Source of the DNA: Vicugna vicugna
Lineage: Eukaryota
NCBI GenBank assembly: GCA_013265495.1
Contig: MU058636.1
Location: 3,335,967 to 3,399,966, forward strand
Length of the DNA: 64,000 nt
Direction of reading: 5' to 3'
Part shown: piece after piece, positions 38,880-51,450 of the stretch
Layout: each line of letters starts with the position of its first letter
Position numbering within the stretch: the first letter of the stretch is position 1
Translations under genes and position numbers: made by a program
The notes under the pieces: model-generated
Database searches by the model: none
Told to the model about the DNA's origin: nothing
What the model saw: only the letters and a program-made list of their open reading frames with translations

Positions 38880-39307
38880 TGCTTTGGCCTGTCAAACATG
38901 TCTTTCCACTTTTTTGGGTAAAAGCACCCTGATTTTCCATTAGGGAATTACTCTTTCCTTATCCTGAGAAGTTTTGAGGGCACTGCAGTAAAGGTTCTCC
39001 CTGCCCCCTCCTGCTGGGGAAGCGGGGGCACAGAGAACCCAGTCTAGGCTATCCGGACTCTGGGTCCTAGGGTTTTGAGCCTTGGAGAGAATGATGTGAC
39101 AGAAGGCAGTGGAGCGGGAAGGTTCTGATGGGGCGGGGGACTCACAGAGTCTGTCCGCTCATTCCTGCTAAAGGCTCATTCCTCTCCTTCCTGAGGCCTA
39201 GCTCTTCTGCATCCAACAACTGTTCTATACCTTCCCAGCAAAGCCCTTTTCCAACCAAGTGTGTCAGAGTCTGTCTCAATTGCTTACAACTAAAGAACTC
39301 TGACACC
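38880..39307 (+). mobile_element. ERVL LTR (LTR16/LTR33-like)
   Basis: ggtaaaagcaccctgattttcc; 3' end ttgcttacaactaaagaactctgac. Confidence 0.65.
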
Positions 39308-39369
39308 GTCAGATTTCCTTGTCATGCCCCAATCCCAATAGGGGCTCGCTGTGGACCAGATCCACAAGT

Positions 39370-40170
39370 TATCATCTGTTTCCACTCACAACACTCCGAC
39401 ACCAGTGGTAGAGTTTTTCCCCCACACCAACCAATTCTCCAACTTTCTGGGTGCCCTACAATTCAATTCCGTTCTGACACTAACTCTTGAGTTAGCACAG
39501 AGCCCTCCGGCTCAGGGCTCAGGATGACAAAACTGACCCCTCTTCAGAGGCCAACAGCCAGTCCCAGGGCCTCCTGATCAGCAAACAGTAGAGTCGAGGT
39601 TCCCTCAACTCCCTCTTCAGATTCAGTAACTTGCTAGAACAGCTCCCAGAACTCTTCACTTACTGGTACTAGTTTATTATGAAGGCTATTCTAACAGGTA
39701 CAAGTGACCAGTCACATGGGAGAGATGCACAGGGCAAGGTATTAGAGATGGGCCTCTCCAGTACCTCTCCCCCGCCAGGACCTCAGTGTGTTTACCAACA
39801 CAGAAGCTCTCTGACCCTATCATTTAGGGGTTTTGATGGAACTTTCATTACTTGAGTATGATTGATCAAATCATTGGCGGCTGGTGATTAACTCAGTCCC
39901 CAGCCCCTCTCCCCTCCCTGGAGGTCCAACCTTCTAACCGCAGAGCTGGTTCCTCTGGCAACCAGCCCCCAACTTGAAGCTCTCATCTCCCTGACACCCA
40001 TCCAAAATTCACTCTATAAGCATAAACTCAGGTTTGGTTGAAAGGGGCTTGTTATGCATAACAAAAGGTGATCCTATATGCCTGTCACTCTGGAAATTCC
40101 AAGGGTTCTGGAAGCTCTTGGTGCTAGGAATAGGGATGAAGAGCAAATACAGATTTCTCGTTACATCACA
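39370..40170 (-). mobile_element. MER21/MER77-like ERVL LTR
   Basis: ctacaattcaattccgttctgacactaac...tgattgatcaaatcattggc...ctggttcctctggcaaccagcccc...gaaattccaaggg. Confidence 0.85.
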
Positions 40171-41739
40171 GGGTCACACAAGTGCTGCCATTAAATCACG
40201 CCCCCTAGTCCTCTACTGGAAAGGTTGATTTGGGACAAAAACGCGGCCTTGGAGGGTCATGAGTCTCTCCATCAGAAGATTACTGCCTGCTGATTTGCTG
40301 TCTTACCATCAAGATCCATTCATATCATTGGCAAAAATGTTCGGCAGCTAATTACAGCTGATGTGTATCTAATACTTACTTACTTTGGGCCACCCTTCAA
40401 GGGAAGCAAATCAGTGTTAACGGAGGTTTCCTAAATGGCCAACAAGAGATGGACCTGAGCTTCAAACCCAAGTCTGAAAGCCCCAAAGCCAGGGATCCTC
40501 TTAGCATTGACAGCCCACAAGTGACCTGGAGAGAAGTGGTAGCTTCAACTGTTTTGGAAGAAAAGGCTGGGAGAAGTCCATGGTGCCTGCTTCACGATGC
40601 AGAGACCCATCTTCATCCACGTGTTCATGAACAGAAAGGTACAGCTAGACGTTGAAGGCACTGAGTGTTGAGGTGAAGGCTTAAGGCATCGGATTTCCAG
40701 CGGGATGGAGAGCTGGGTGGGGAAGGGTCCTCCCACTTAGGCTTTGCTCAGCATCCAGAGCGCTGGCCACACACTGATGCACCCCACATGCATGTGACAG
40801 CATCTCACAGCACCCTCTTTCGATTCAGAGGTCCCAAGACACCCCCACTTCCTCAAGATGCCTCCTCACCCCACCTCCTCTCCTCAACTCCCTGTCTTGC
40901 TCCAACAGGGACAGCTCTTAGAACAGGGATTGACAACATAAGAGCTCTGACATGTCCAAAGAAAAGACAAACACTGTGGGAAAATGTAAGTTACATTAAG
41001 GTAAATTTAGATGTTGCTTTTACTGAAGATTTTTTTTTCTCACCCAAATTTGGTAGTTTAAGATCCTAATTTTACAACCCTGGTCATTGAGAGAAACTGA
41101 TCCCTATCACTTTAAACAGCCTCTTATAGTCACAGCATCTACAGAGCATTTCCTCTTCTTTTTCAACATATCACATTTCTTGGCAGAAAGCACCAGCAGA
41201 AAGCACCAAGATTTTTATAATGAGTATAAAATCAAAATTTCACACATTAGATTTCTCTTGTGGACTATTTCTTCCTGTTAAATCTTGCCTTATTTTAACT
41301 TTATTTTAGTCGCTAACATAATTTAAAATTTGATTTCAGCATTGGTCGTTCATCATATAGGAATTTGTTGCCAAAGGGCATCTCCTCTCTGCTCTGAATT
41401 TAAAGTTTCTAAATGGAAAGACTTTGCCTGTGTCACGGCTCAGGAGTCTGGCTGCGGTCAGGCAGTGGTCCCCCAGCTCAGATTCTCAGGGCAAACTCCG
41501 GAACAGCTTTTCCGCTTTCCCGGTCTCAGTTTCACTTGCTTCTAAGATATTGCGTTTTAAAATGTGTGCTGTGCTCTTGCTTCTGATGTAGAGATTGTTT
41601 GTGATTGCCCTTAGAAACCAAGATCAAGTTCAAACTCAAAACACCACCCACTGCAGGAGCCACATGAGTCTTTCACTCAACGACCCAATCAGGCCAGGAG
41701 GTCCCAGTGGCCTTTGCCACTTTCAGCTGAGTCACTGTG

Positions 41740-42075
41740 ATCCCCCAGCCTTCTCCTTTTTCCCCTGAAAGTGCTTTTCCATCTCTGCTCAGTGACTAAC
41801 TTCATCATGAATGTGACCCAGTTTGTTTGGCAAGATGTGATTTTTTTTTTTTTAAACTCATGCTGCTTTTTCTGGTCACGACTCTCACAGGCATTTAGCG
41901 ACTCCCTCTCGGCGTCCGTCTGGCCCTGCTGCTGGGCTGGATTGATGGCTTTCTCCCCAGCTGTTCCCTTCCAGCCTGCTCTCCTCTCCCAGGCAAATCC
42001 ATATTCCTTTTGCTTTTCTGCAGCATTTCGAAATCTCCAGAGTATCCTTAAAATAGGATAGATAAACACTAATCT
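41740..42075 (-). mobile_element. Ancient CR1/L3 RT remnant
   Basis: ORF 41689-42069 contains QHEFKKKKITSCQTNWVTF, resembling the CR1 RT motif QHGFxKxKSCxTNLxxF. Confidence 0.65.
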
Positions 42076-42199
42076 CCAAGGGAAGTAGCAAGGCAGAGTC
42101 CACAGATTTGTACCAGCTCAATAATCTGCTCAGAAGGCAGCTGGCTGGGGACGCAGGACAACGGTAGTCACCTGTGTGTAAGGCTTTGCATCATTTCCA

Positions 42200-42560
42200 A
42201 AGTACCCCGGACTCACGTGGTCTCATTTAACACCCGCAATCGCCCTTAGCGCAGGTGTAAGTGGCCCTTCCGTTTCACAGACCGGAAAGCAAGAGTCAAA
42301 GGGGTGAAGAACTGGTCCACACAGGGAGTAAGAGAGAGGGCCAGCAGCTGAATCTGCCCTTCGAAAAACTGTTGTATAATTTACATTCAATACAATACAC
42401 AGGTCTTTGGTGCTGTTTGATGAATTCTGACAATCACCTAAAAAGATACAGAGCATTTCCATCACCCAGAAACTGAGCCCACCCACCCACACAGGGCCCC
42501 TTCCCAGGGGGCCCCCACCACTGATCTCCGCACCATGGGTTAGTTTACCTGGAGCTGTCT
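42200..42560 (-). mobile_element. MIR (~42200-42350) followed by an L1MB/ME 3' terminus (~42362-42560)
   Basis: gtctcatttaacacc...tttcacagacc; gtataatttacattcaatac...agcatttccatcacccaga. Confidence 0.65.
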
Positions 42561-42999
42561 TCTGACTCCGAGCTCCGTGTTCCACATTCCGTCTTTTTCT
42601 ATGACACCACTCGGGGTCTTTGAAATGGAATCAACAGCACCCACCTGGCTGGAATCTATAGACAGGGGACTGGAGGAAGCCAGGCCGCAGTCTCAGCTGA
42701 AAGAGTAGGTCTGCTGGTGGAGTGGACCTGGAGGCTTGCAACTCGAGGAATGTAGGGAGCGTAATCCCCAAACTGCACAAATGCCTTCCCTCTAAAGTCC
42801 GCTGTGAACTTCAGCCCGCTGCCCTCAGGCCTCAACAGTATTTCTACGTACAGAGGGTCACTGAATGAAAGCTGTTATGAGGTTTCAAAAAGAGGGGTCA
42901 CAATTCAGCTCTAAGATCAAAAACACCAGACTCCAGTCCACACTCCCAGAACCTCCCCACCCCCGGGAGCTGCCACCGCCACGTCTGGGGCCACCCGTG

Positions 43000-44280
43000 A
43001 CAGGCGACACTGAATCTCTGCGTGGGATTCGTGGACTTTTCAAGACCATCATGCATGTGTAATCAACCGGGAGTTTTGCGGCCAGAAGCCTCCATCTTAG
43101 GAGAAAAAAAGAAAAGAAAAACCTGAAAGAAGAAATAACAAAAGCCTGTTCGGTTACTTCCAAGGAAATACGCTCAATGGAACTAACCGCTGAGTCACTT
43201 CAGGTCGAATTCCTATCAGGCTTCCATTCATGAAGGGGTGCATAATACAATTAGCCTTATCTGCTTATCTGCCCACGGTTTTATACTAAACTCCGCGTTC
43301 CCTGTAGCAGGTTAACTGGTTCCTGTTGGATCTTGTTTATACACAGCGGCCTGCTGGTAAACGTTTAACAGCTGATTCTCTGGGAGGGGAAAAAAGCCCT
43401 GATCTGTAGCATTTGCAGGTTGCTGCCAGGCCCTGGCGGTGGGGTCAGGAGGCAGCCTGCGTGCCAGGGCTCCAGCACACTCCAGCGCACAATAACACCT
43501 TCAACTGATTTAACACACCATTTCCCCCATAAGCAGCACAGACAAGGGTGGCAGGGGCGGCCGCTGCCTGGCGCACCAGCAATCTTGAGGGTGAGTGATC
43601 TGTGGGTGGCCCCGTCCCCTCCGCCTGCTCTTCCAGGCTCTCCCACAGCAGTTTTCTTTCTCCAGAAGACATATTGTACAGTCAAGAGTTTGCAGGGGAC
43701 GCCTCTCCTGGGTTGGAATTTCCAAATAAACCTCCAAGTCTTTTTGAAGTGCAGAATAAACATAAGCCAGCCCGAGATGAATTCCCACAAATCCTCAGTC
43801 CAGAGAAGCTGAGTGACCAGCTTCTGCTTTTCATTCTTTGCCTGAATTAATAGCTAGTCTTTAAGAAGTTTTTAGAAAATCCTTAAACATCCAGCTTTCT
43901 TGTTTTGCTCCGTTCTTCTCTTTAGACGACCAGTTGCAGAAAAGTACAAGCAGGCACTCGTTTCCTGCTCCGGGATGAGCATCTGCAGGCGTGCAGAGAG
44001 GAAAGGGATACAGGAAGAGGCCTAAACAGGAGCCAGGAGCAAGTTCTAAGGTTAAAACCCGTATCAGGAGGCCCCTGCCTGCCATCATAGTCCTCATTTA
44101 TAAAGCAATAAGAGTAGGAGAGAAGGTTCCTGGACATTTGCAGGTTCATAAAATGATCTGCGTGGTGGAAAGACTGTTTCCTTTTTCATAAACGCGTGGT
44201 AGGTCAGCCTCGCAGCCCGGCTCCTGCTCCCCAGCACTGACTGCACCCTGCGGTCTCTTAACCACTTTAATTAGCGCTCA
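43000..44280. promoter_or_regulatory. Candidate inducible enhancer
   Basis: Repeat-free; AP-1/ARE 43189-43198, TTC-N4-GAA 43158-43167, tandem GATA 43256-43270, FOX-like sites, kB-like TGGAATTTCC 43714-43723. Confidence 0.5.
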
Positions 44281-44659
44281 TTCCTTCCTCCCAGAACTTG
44301 ACCTGATTCTGCATGACCTTTCCCAGTCTCTCCCCCACCACCTGCCCAGACTCGTCCCTGCTCTCTGCAGTGCACATTTCTTTTACAGGAGCATTGGCAT
44401 CACGTTTCTAAGCCTTCCGATGACTTTATGTATTTCAAATAATTGTCTTAGCTTCCTATCTCTCCTGTTCAGCCCAGTCTCTTTCATGTCACATGGTCAT
44501 TAAATTCTTCACATGGGCACTTTGCTGACTGTTACAGAGAGATTCAAAGATATCCAGGAAGAGGTCCCTGCCTTCAGTGACTCTGTAATCTCTGGAGAGG
44601 GGATGCTAATAATATCGAAAAGAAAGAAATGACAGCTTTCTCCCAAATAGTTTCCCTCT

Positions 44660-44850
44660 ATTACCTTAGGCCTCATAATAATCCTTGAAATAGATACTAA
44701 TGTTATTTTCATTTTACATATGTAACAACTGCGGCTCAGAGAGGTTAAGTAACTTGCCGAAGTCACACAGCTGGTAAATAGTGAATGTAATTACTAGTTG
44801 GGTGTTCTAGCCCAAATGACTCCAAAACCTGAGCCCTTACCACCATGCCA
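44660..44850 (-). mobile_element. MIR SINE, within L2 minus-strand fragments spanning ~44490-45150
   Basis: cattttacatatg...ggctcagagaggttaagtaacttgccgaagtcacacagct. Confidence 0.85.
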
Positions 44851-46569
44851 CATGGTCAGCAGCCAAATAACAGTAATATAAGGAGTAGGGTACTGATGGC
44901 AAAAAATGAGGCAGGATTTAAGAGCTGGGTGATTTTAGAAGAAGAGATTTTAAAAGCCGAAAGGGCAAGAAGAGACCCTTTTCTTTGGGAAGGAGAGGGC
45001 TCCCTGGCCTGGGAGGTACTCAGGCAGAGCCTGAAGCCCCTTGTGATGTTCTGGATGAGTGCCAGCACCTGGAAGAGGGCTCTGTCAGTCCTTCAGCTCT
45101 TGGGACGATGATTTTGGCAAGTGGCCTATAAGCTGAGCCTGGAAGGCAGGCTTCTTTGTTGGTATGGATGGAGAGAAGAAGGCAATCAGGGAAGAAAGAA
45201 CCCAGGGACCAAAGCTCCAGAGCCAGCACACACAGGAGCCGCCTCTCACTTCCACTGGAGTCCCCACAGGCCACAAAGCTCGCCCACTACCTAGGTCGGG
45301 ACTACATATATAAACACTGTTGCTGTTTGACATTAGAGAAGCAATAAGTGTGATCATTTTAAGCCAGTTATTCTCAAACCATGCTCCTAAATTTATTCCA
45401 TAAGCTAGACTCAGGAGTTCTACAGGTAAAATTAAATAATTGCAGTTATTACTGATTTCCAGCAGTGGTAGAAGCGTCCAAGTATCCCAAAAGCCCCTTG
45501 ACTGCAATATATTCATTTCAAATTTGTCTCCTGAATTTTTTTCAAACTTTGGCAACTTGCTATCCCTGATCTGCCAGTGACCAGTGATACAATAAAACAA
45601 ATAAACGAACATAGCCAAAAACAATTAGCAGAAAAACACAGAAATAACCAGTTAGGCTTGGTGTGACAGCCTGATTTTTCTTCATGGACAGCTGGTAGTA
45701 ATTTCAGATTGCATACATATATTATAGAGTCATACTTCCCACCTGTAAAGTTGTTCTTAGATCATTCAATACACAAAAATGCATCAACATTTCACGGTGT
45801 TCTACAAAGAGCACCATGGCTTCAGGTGCCCTCCTTCGCCTTCTTAATATGCCATGTGGCTGAGTGATGATTATATTATTACTGTACTTCAATGTGGATA
45901 AAAGTGTAGGAATTCCAAGCGGTGGGACTGTACTGTTAGGCTAGTCCGGGGTATTGTGAAGGGCTGGTGGAAAATGGTTCAACTTAGGGATTCAAAATAC
46001 AGGGAGGGTCCCAAGCCTTCTCTCCTGTTAGCCATGTTTCCCCCATAGCAGGGACCCTCCACCCATGACAATGGATCAGAATCACGCCAGGGGGGTTTTC
46101 AAAATACACCCATACTGCCACCTCACTCCCAAGCCTGCCTCCAGCCTCTGCTTGGGAGAATCTCAGAGGCCGGCAAGAGGCAGAGGGCCAAGCACAATGT
46201 GAAAAGGCCTCGCAGGTGAGTCCCACCCCTTCACTTGCTTAGAACATTTGCCTCGACCCCAGTGATCAGGGCCGTTAGTGGTCCTTCACCAGTAGTCTAA
46301 ATGTGCCCGTTTGCAACAGTCCCTTTGGCAAGCAGCGGGCGATGACTCCGTCTCATCCCCAAGCCCACCCTCCTCCCCAGCCCTGCGATAGAATCGGCAT
46401 CGGGACACAATGTCCTGAGCCCAGAAAGAGGCCTGCTGCACCAGGCTGTCCTGAAAAGTCAGGTGGGCTGCGGCATCTCTGCCTGCTGGAGCCTGGTCTG
46501 CAGCAGGGCCTTGAGCTACTGAGCAACGGATACGTGGAGCTGAGCCACCCCGCCTCCCGCGGCCGACTC

Positions 46570-47480
46570 GGTGCGTCTGCTCCCAGCTGAGCCCAGCTCG
46601 CCTCTACGGTTTCAACAGTCCGCTACATGCTGATGGTATCAGTGCAGGCTCTGGAACCGCCCCCTGGACCTTCTACCTAAACACCCATGAGGCACCTCAA
46701 ACTCAAAATATTCAAGACTGACCTCGCCACCCCCTGTTCTAACCTGGCTTCTCTCATAATTTCAAACTCAGTGGGTAGCACCGCCATCCACCTGGCTGCC
46801 CAGGCTAGAAACCTGGGAGCCATCACTGAATCCTCACTCTCTCTCCCCTAAACTTCACCCATAACTGACCAAACATCAATACATGCTCATTTTATTTTCC
46901 TGGCTTTCCTAGGAACACAGGCCTGCCCCAAGCCCTCAGCATCCCATCTGGATTCACTGCAACAGGTTTCCCAGGCTCAGCCTTTTCCCCCACAAACTGC
47001 ATCCTCCCTAACACTGTCCGAGGAATCTACTCACAAAGCAGCTCATACATACAACGACACCAGCATTGCTGGACAGCCAATAAAGCCCAGGCTCTCCCAT
47101 AAATTACACAAGCCCTGACCTCCGCACCTTCATCCCCTACCTCGCCTTGCCTAATATTTTGAGCCCCAACAGGACAAAACTGTTACTCTCTTGCCTCCCT
47201 GTCACTTAAACATGCTACCACCTCCTTTTGCCTGAAGGCTGACACTTAACAGATTATTTCCAGCCATCTTTGATCCACCTTCTCCCTCCCAGGGTTTCCC
47301 AAATTTCCCATGATCCCCGGGGCTTGCCTCTGGGTTACCCTCTCAATTTATATTGTCTGTTTATGTTTGTCTCTTCTAAGGAACGTGAGCTCCTGGAGGG
47401 CAGGGGCTATGCTTTCTTCTACCTGTGAGCTGCCAGCCCTAGAGCAGTCACAAAGCAGGACTCCACGGAGGATGAACAGG
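46570..47480 (+). mobile_element. L2
   Basis: aggcacctcaaactcaaaatattcaagactga...caggctagaaacctgggagccatc...gagctcctggagggcaggg. Confidence 0.8.
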
Positions 47481-48182
47481 GGAAGCAAGCTGCAACAGAG
47501 AAGCGCTGGCAGCTCCAGCCTTCTGCAAAGAAGGGCCAGAGCCGTGGCCACCCCCAAACCCGTACATGGTGTCTGTTTACTATAAAGGCATCTCCCCTGT
47601 TCTCTGAAACACGGGCCTGGGGGAGGGGAGGATGCACACGGCCTTCTCTCAATCTGCCCTGACTGTCCTCCTCGGTCTCCGCACGTGCATGTACAGGAGA
47701 CATCGGCCAAGACCCAGCACCCCACCAAGCTCTGTTTCCCAGGACTGGAAGTCACCTAAGGTGCTCCGTCACCTCCCTAGATACACACACAGGTCAAGTG
47801 TCTCCTCCCTGCCCAGCCCTGCCCCCCACCACGGCCTGAGGTGCCTACCACTGGCGTGGCCCTATTCAGCAGCAGCCAGGAGACACCTTCCCATCCCCAC
47901 ACTGACTACAAACGACACCTACCAGGCTTCTGGTTGCCCTTATGGCCTTAGAGAAGAAACTGACCCTTTGAGAAGTAGACAGCACTGTTAGGCCCTTAAA
48001 GGACCACCCACGCCTCTTAGCATAGCATCAGAGAGGAGAGACACGGCTTCTGGCATGGAAATCTGTTCTGTCCCCCCATTCTGATATTTCCTGGGTATTT
48101 ACCAAGTGCATGGTACTCACCAACCATTTCACAAAAGGCAATTTAACGTCACAGGTGAAGACATGGGCTCCATGGATAGGCC

Positions 48183-48365
48183 CAGGTTCAAGCCCCTGGC
48201 CTAGCACTTAATGGTTGTGTTACCTTGGGCAAGTTACTCTCTGTACCTTTCTGGGCCTCAACCTCCCATCTGTAAAATGGGGATGACAGCAGTACTACCC
48301 CCATCATAGGACTGCTCTGAGTAAGAAACAAGCTAATGAAAGAACAGTGCCTGGGATGTTGTGAG
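48183..48365 (+). mobile_element. MIR SINE
   Basis: tgtgttaccttgggcaagttact...cccatctgtaaaatggggatga. Confidence 0.85.
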
Positions 48366-49725
48366 GGTGACACACAGCTGATGTGTGTGTCTCACCGGCT
48401 CCTCACAGTGACCTCACTTTACAGATGAGGAAAGGCTTAGAGGATGGAGACACAACCCCAGCCAGGGCCCAGCTCCCCCTGCATCCTCAGCACCACAAGG
48501 GCTGCGCATGGCCCAGACCCCTCAGCCCTGAAGCCCGTCCTCCATTCCCAAGGGTTAAACTGCGTGCGACGTTGTGTGTCCTCGGACAAATACGGCTTAT
48601 CTTTTCAGTAGGAAACACACTCTAAGCTAATTCAAAAGTAGGAAATGTCTCCAACCGAAAAACAGTTCTTTTTACGAAAACCAAAGCAAACACACACCCT
48701 GGCCAAATGACACCCGACCAAGCCACTCCATTAGCCAGAAAATGCTAGGATGGCAGAACAAGGGCTTGGGGTCCCCAGTTCTGCCTTGATGCCTTCAACG
48801 GGCACATCCACGACGCCCAGGAACATCAGAGACTTGTGCACGCACAGACCGCGGCTGCAGGTGTGGTGCCGGGCCTCCAGCTGCCCAAGGTCGTCTGGCA
48901 GGAAGCACGTTGGCGGCCTGGCGGTTTCTGGGGCCACGTGAGCTAACGGCCAGGTCCTACTTCTGCAATTACAGCCCCCGGGGAGCACCCCTTCCAGGAC
49001 AAGGGAAAACTCGGGAAGGAAGAGTGTACTTGAGTGTAGCTTTTGTGGTGACCAACAGCACGGTAAACAGGAGCCTGCAGCCACTGATTAAGGAGGCTCT
49101 GGGCCTGCGCGTTCGGCTTTGAAAGATTATAAACACACTGGGCTCGTCAAGCACAGCCAGTTGGTTACAAATCACGAGCCATCTTTCAGGTGTTGTCGCT
49201 TCCCACCTCTTGTTTTGACAGGGTGAGCAAACAGCTTTCAACCCGCCAGCTGCAGCGTTCCAGGCACCCAGGGGCCGGAGACGCCCCGTCACCCGGGCTG
49301 CTCTGTGTGCCCCCAGGTCACAGGACATGCCGCTGGGATTCGACCTAAAACCTTCCTTCCCCTCCCTGCGCGCTTTGGCGTCCACGTGAAGGCTTGGTTC
49401 TGACTGCTGTGGGTAGTTACTTCATTAACACTTCTTAGATCCCATTTTTGCACATACCACACCGAACAGAGATAAAGAACTGTGCGGGCTGTTACTTTTA
49501 AAATGTGGTAGATGCATTTGTGTTTGAGGAGGCTTAAAGATACACTCAAGAATCCACTATTAGAAGTTGTTTTCTTTCAGGAAGAGAACATTATACCTGA
49601 AAGATATGTTTGAAGAAAATAACCATGTGGCAGCAATCCACAGTACGCCAGTGCGTTCGTAGCATAATCATGACACCCGCTAACTGGGGGTCTTTGCGAT
49701 TTCAGTCTTTGGTGTGAGATAAATA

Positions 49726-49765
49726 CACACACACAGTCTCTCTCTCACACACACACACACACACA
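49726..49765. repeat. (CA)n-(TC)n-(CA)n microsatellite
   Basis: Direct reading of the sequence. Confidence 0.9.
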
Positions 49766-50569
49766 TCCCAACAGCAAGCATATTTGCTCTGCAGCTTAAA
49801 ATCTCAGGCTCAACAATACAAAAGGCACTTGCATCATCTGTCCCAGACTCAGCCAGAGCCTACTTCTTTTGACATGAATTCCCTCACCTTTTGAAATTCA
49901 CAACAGTAGATATTCCGTTTACCTGGGTTCTTTGTGATTAAACTCAACATTCATCTTAATGGGATGAAAAATTCTCTTTCAAACTGAGAAAACAGCTTCC
50001 CTCCAAGTTGACCCAAATCTGAGAAAAGTGCAATTTGACTATTGTTTTCATTTCTTTTCCTTAAATGCATCAGCCAGCATTGTTACTGTTCTTTAAGCCA
50101 GTTGGCTGAGCAATATCTGGTCAGAATCCCTTTACAACAGATTTCTTTTTCTCACTGTATTATTCTTGAACAATTAAAATATTAAATATTTCATAACTTA
50201 CGGGGTTTGCGCTAGGCAGAGTGGCTAAGCCAGGGTTGCCTGCGCTTCACGTAGCACTGCCCTTGCCTTAGCAATCCCTCTCACCACTCTGGTCCCTAGA
50301 AGGCTGTGTGAGTGAACAGCAAATCCATCACCTGCAGTGACTCCTACTGGGGCGGGGGGAGAAAAAGGCAAAGTCTCCTGCCCCTATTCACAGTCCCTAC
50401 TAGTTATGGGATAGAATTTCATCAGAAAAGGTGGGACAATTAAATCAACTCTGGTTCCAAAGGTAACCCACAAGAAATCAGAGTTACTAAGACTATCCCG
50501 TGATTTTTGCTGTTGTTGTGTTTAAAGAAAGTGTGGGCTAAAGCATGACCACCCACCCAGTCACATGAG

Positions 50570-51040
50570 CCAGAACCCCGGAGTCACCCATGTCCTCGCC
50601 GCTCCGCGTTATGCCTACCTCAGCCAGTCCCTGCGTCCTGTGGACGGACCTCTTGTCAGCCTGGAATCCACTGTGGTCTTGGCTCCTTACCACTGCCTCT
50701 GGACTGATGATCTCAGGGCTGCACTCCTGCCCTCCCCGGCCCTCCAGCCACAGCTGCAACAGTGAGGGTGCCAGATGTAAATCCAACCAGCTCTCCTTCC
50801 TAGACGGCAGACTGCTGCCCCCAAAACAGAGTCGTGACACCTCAGCACAGCGTGCAGACTTGCAGGACCGTGCTTCGGCCGCCCCTCTTCGCCCCTGTGA
50901 CCGCACACTCACTGTCCTGTGGTTAGATGTGTATGTCCACCTCACCCCTTCAATATGAGATCCTTGAGGGCAGGCACTGTCTCTTTCAGATCTGGGCCAC
51001 CTGCACCTAACATGGGAAGGGCTCACCTGCTAAAGGAACG
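50570..51040 (+). mobile_element. L2
   Basis: gccagaaccccggagtcaccc...ctggactgatgatc...atgagatccttgagggcaggcactgtct. Confidence 0.65.
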
Positions 51041-51229
51041 TATGCTCTGGAAAATAATTTGTACACCCTGCCTTATTCCAGATGGATTTGAGATAGCAAA
51101 TGAGTAAGGTTTACAAATATAGTCTCCACCCACTCAGACCATAAATACACTGCGATGAGCACGTGGGTCTGTGAACACATCAAATAAGCTATGAGGCCAG
51201 TGAGCACCTTCAAGGGGCTTCTGCAGAAA

Positions 51230-51450
51230 TCATTAATGACCGCTGCCATTTGACAGACATAGTAAGAACTTCATATTAAAATCCTTACAAGTCTTTAAGG
51301 CAGAGTTTTCTTTTTTAACAGATGAAGAAGCTAAGGCAAAGAAAGGTTAACAAATGTGTCTGGAGTCACACAATCAATACTGAGAAAAGATTTGGTCCCT
51401 GGGACCTTGTGTCTCCAAGTCCCAGGCTTGTCCCGCTGTGTCACCCTGCC
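51230..51450 (-). mobile_element. MIR SINE
   Basis: aacagatgaagaagctaaggcaaagaaaggttaa...gtcacaca. Confidence 0.7.

Noticed and set aside
49565..49615. Plus-strand acceptor ttttctttcag followed by EENIIPERYV*
   Set aside because: No upstream exons or recognisable protein
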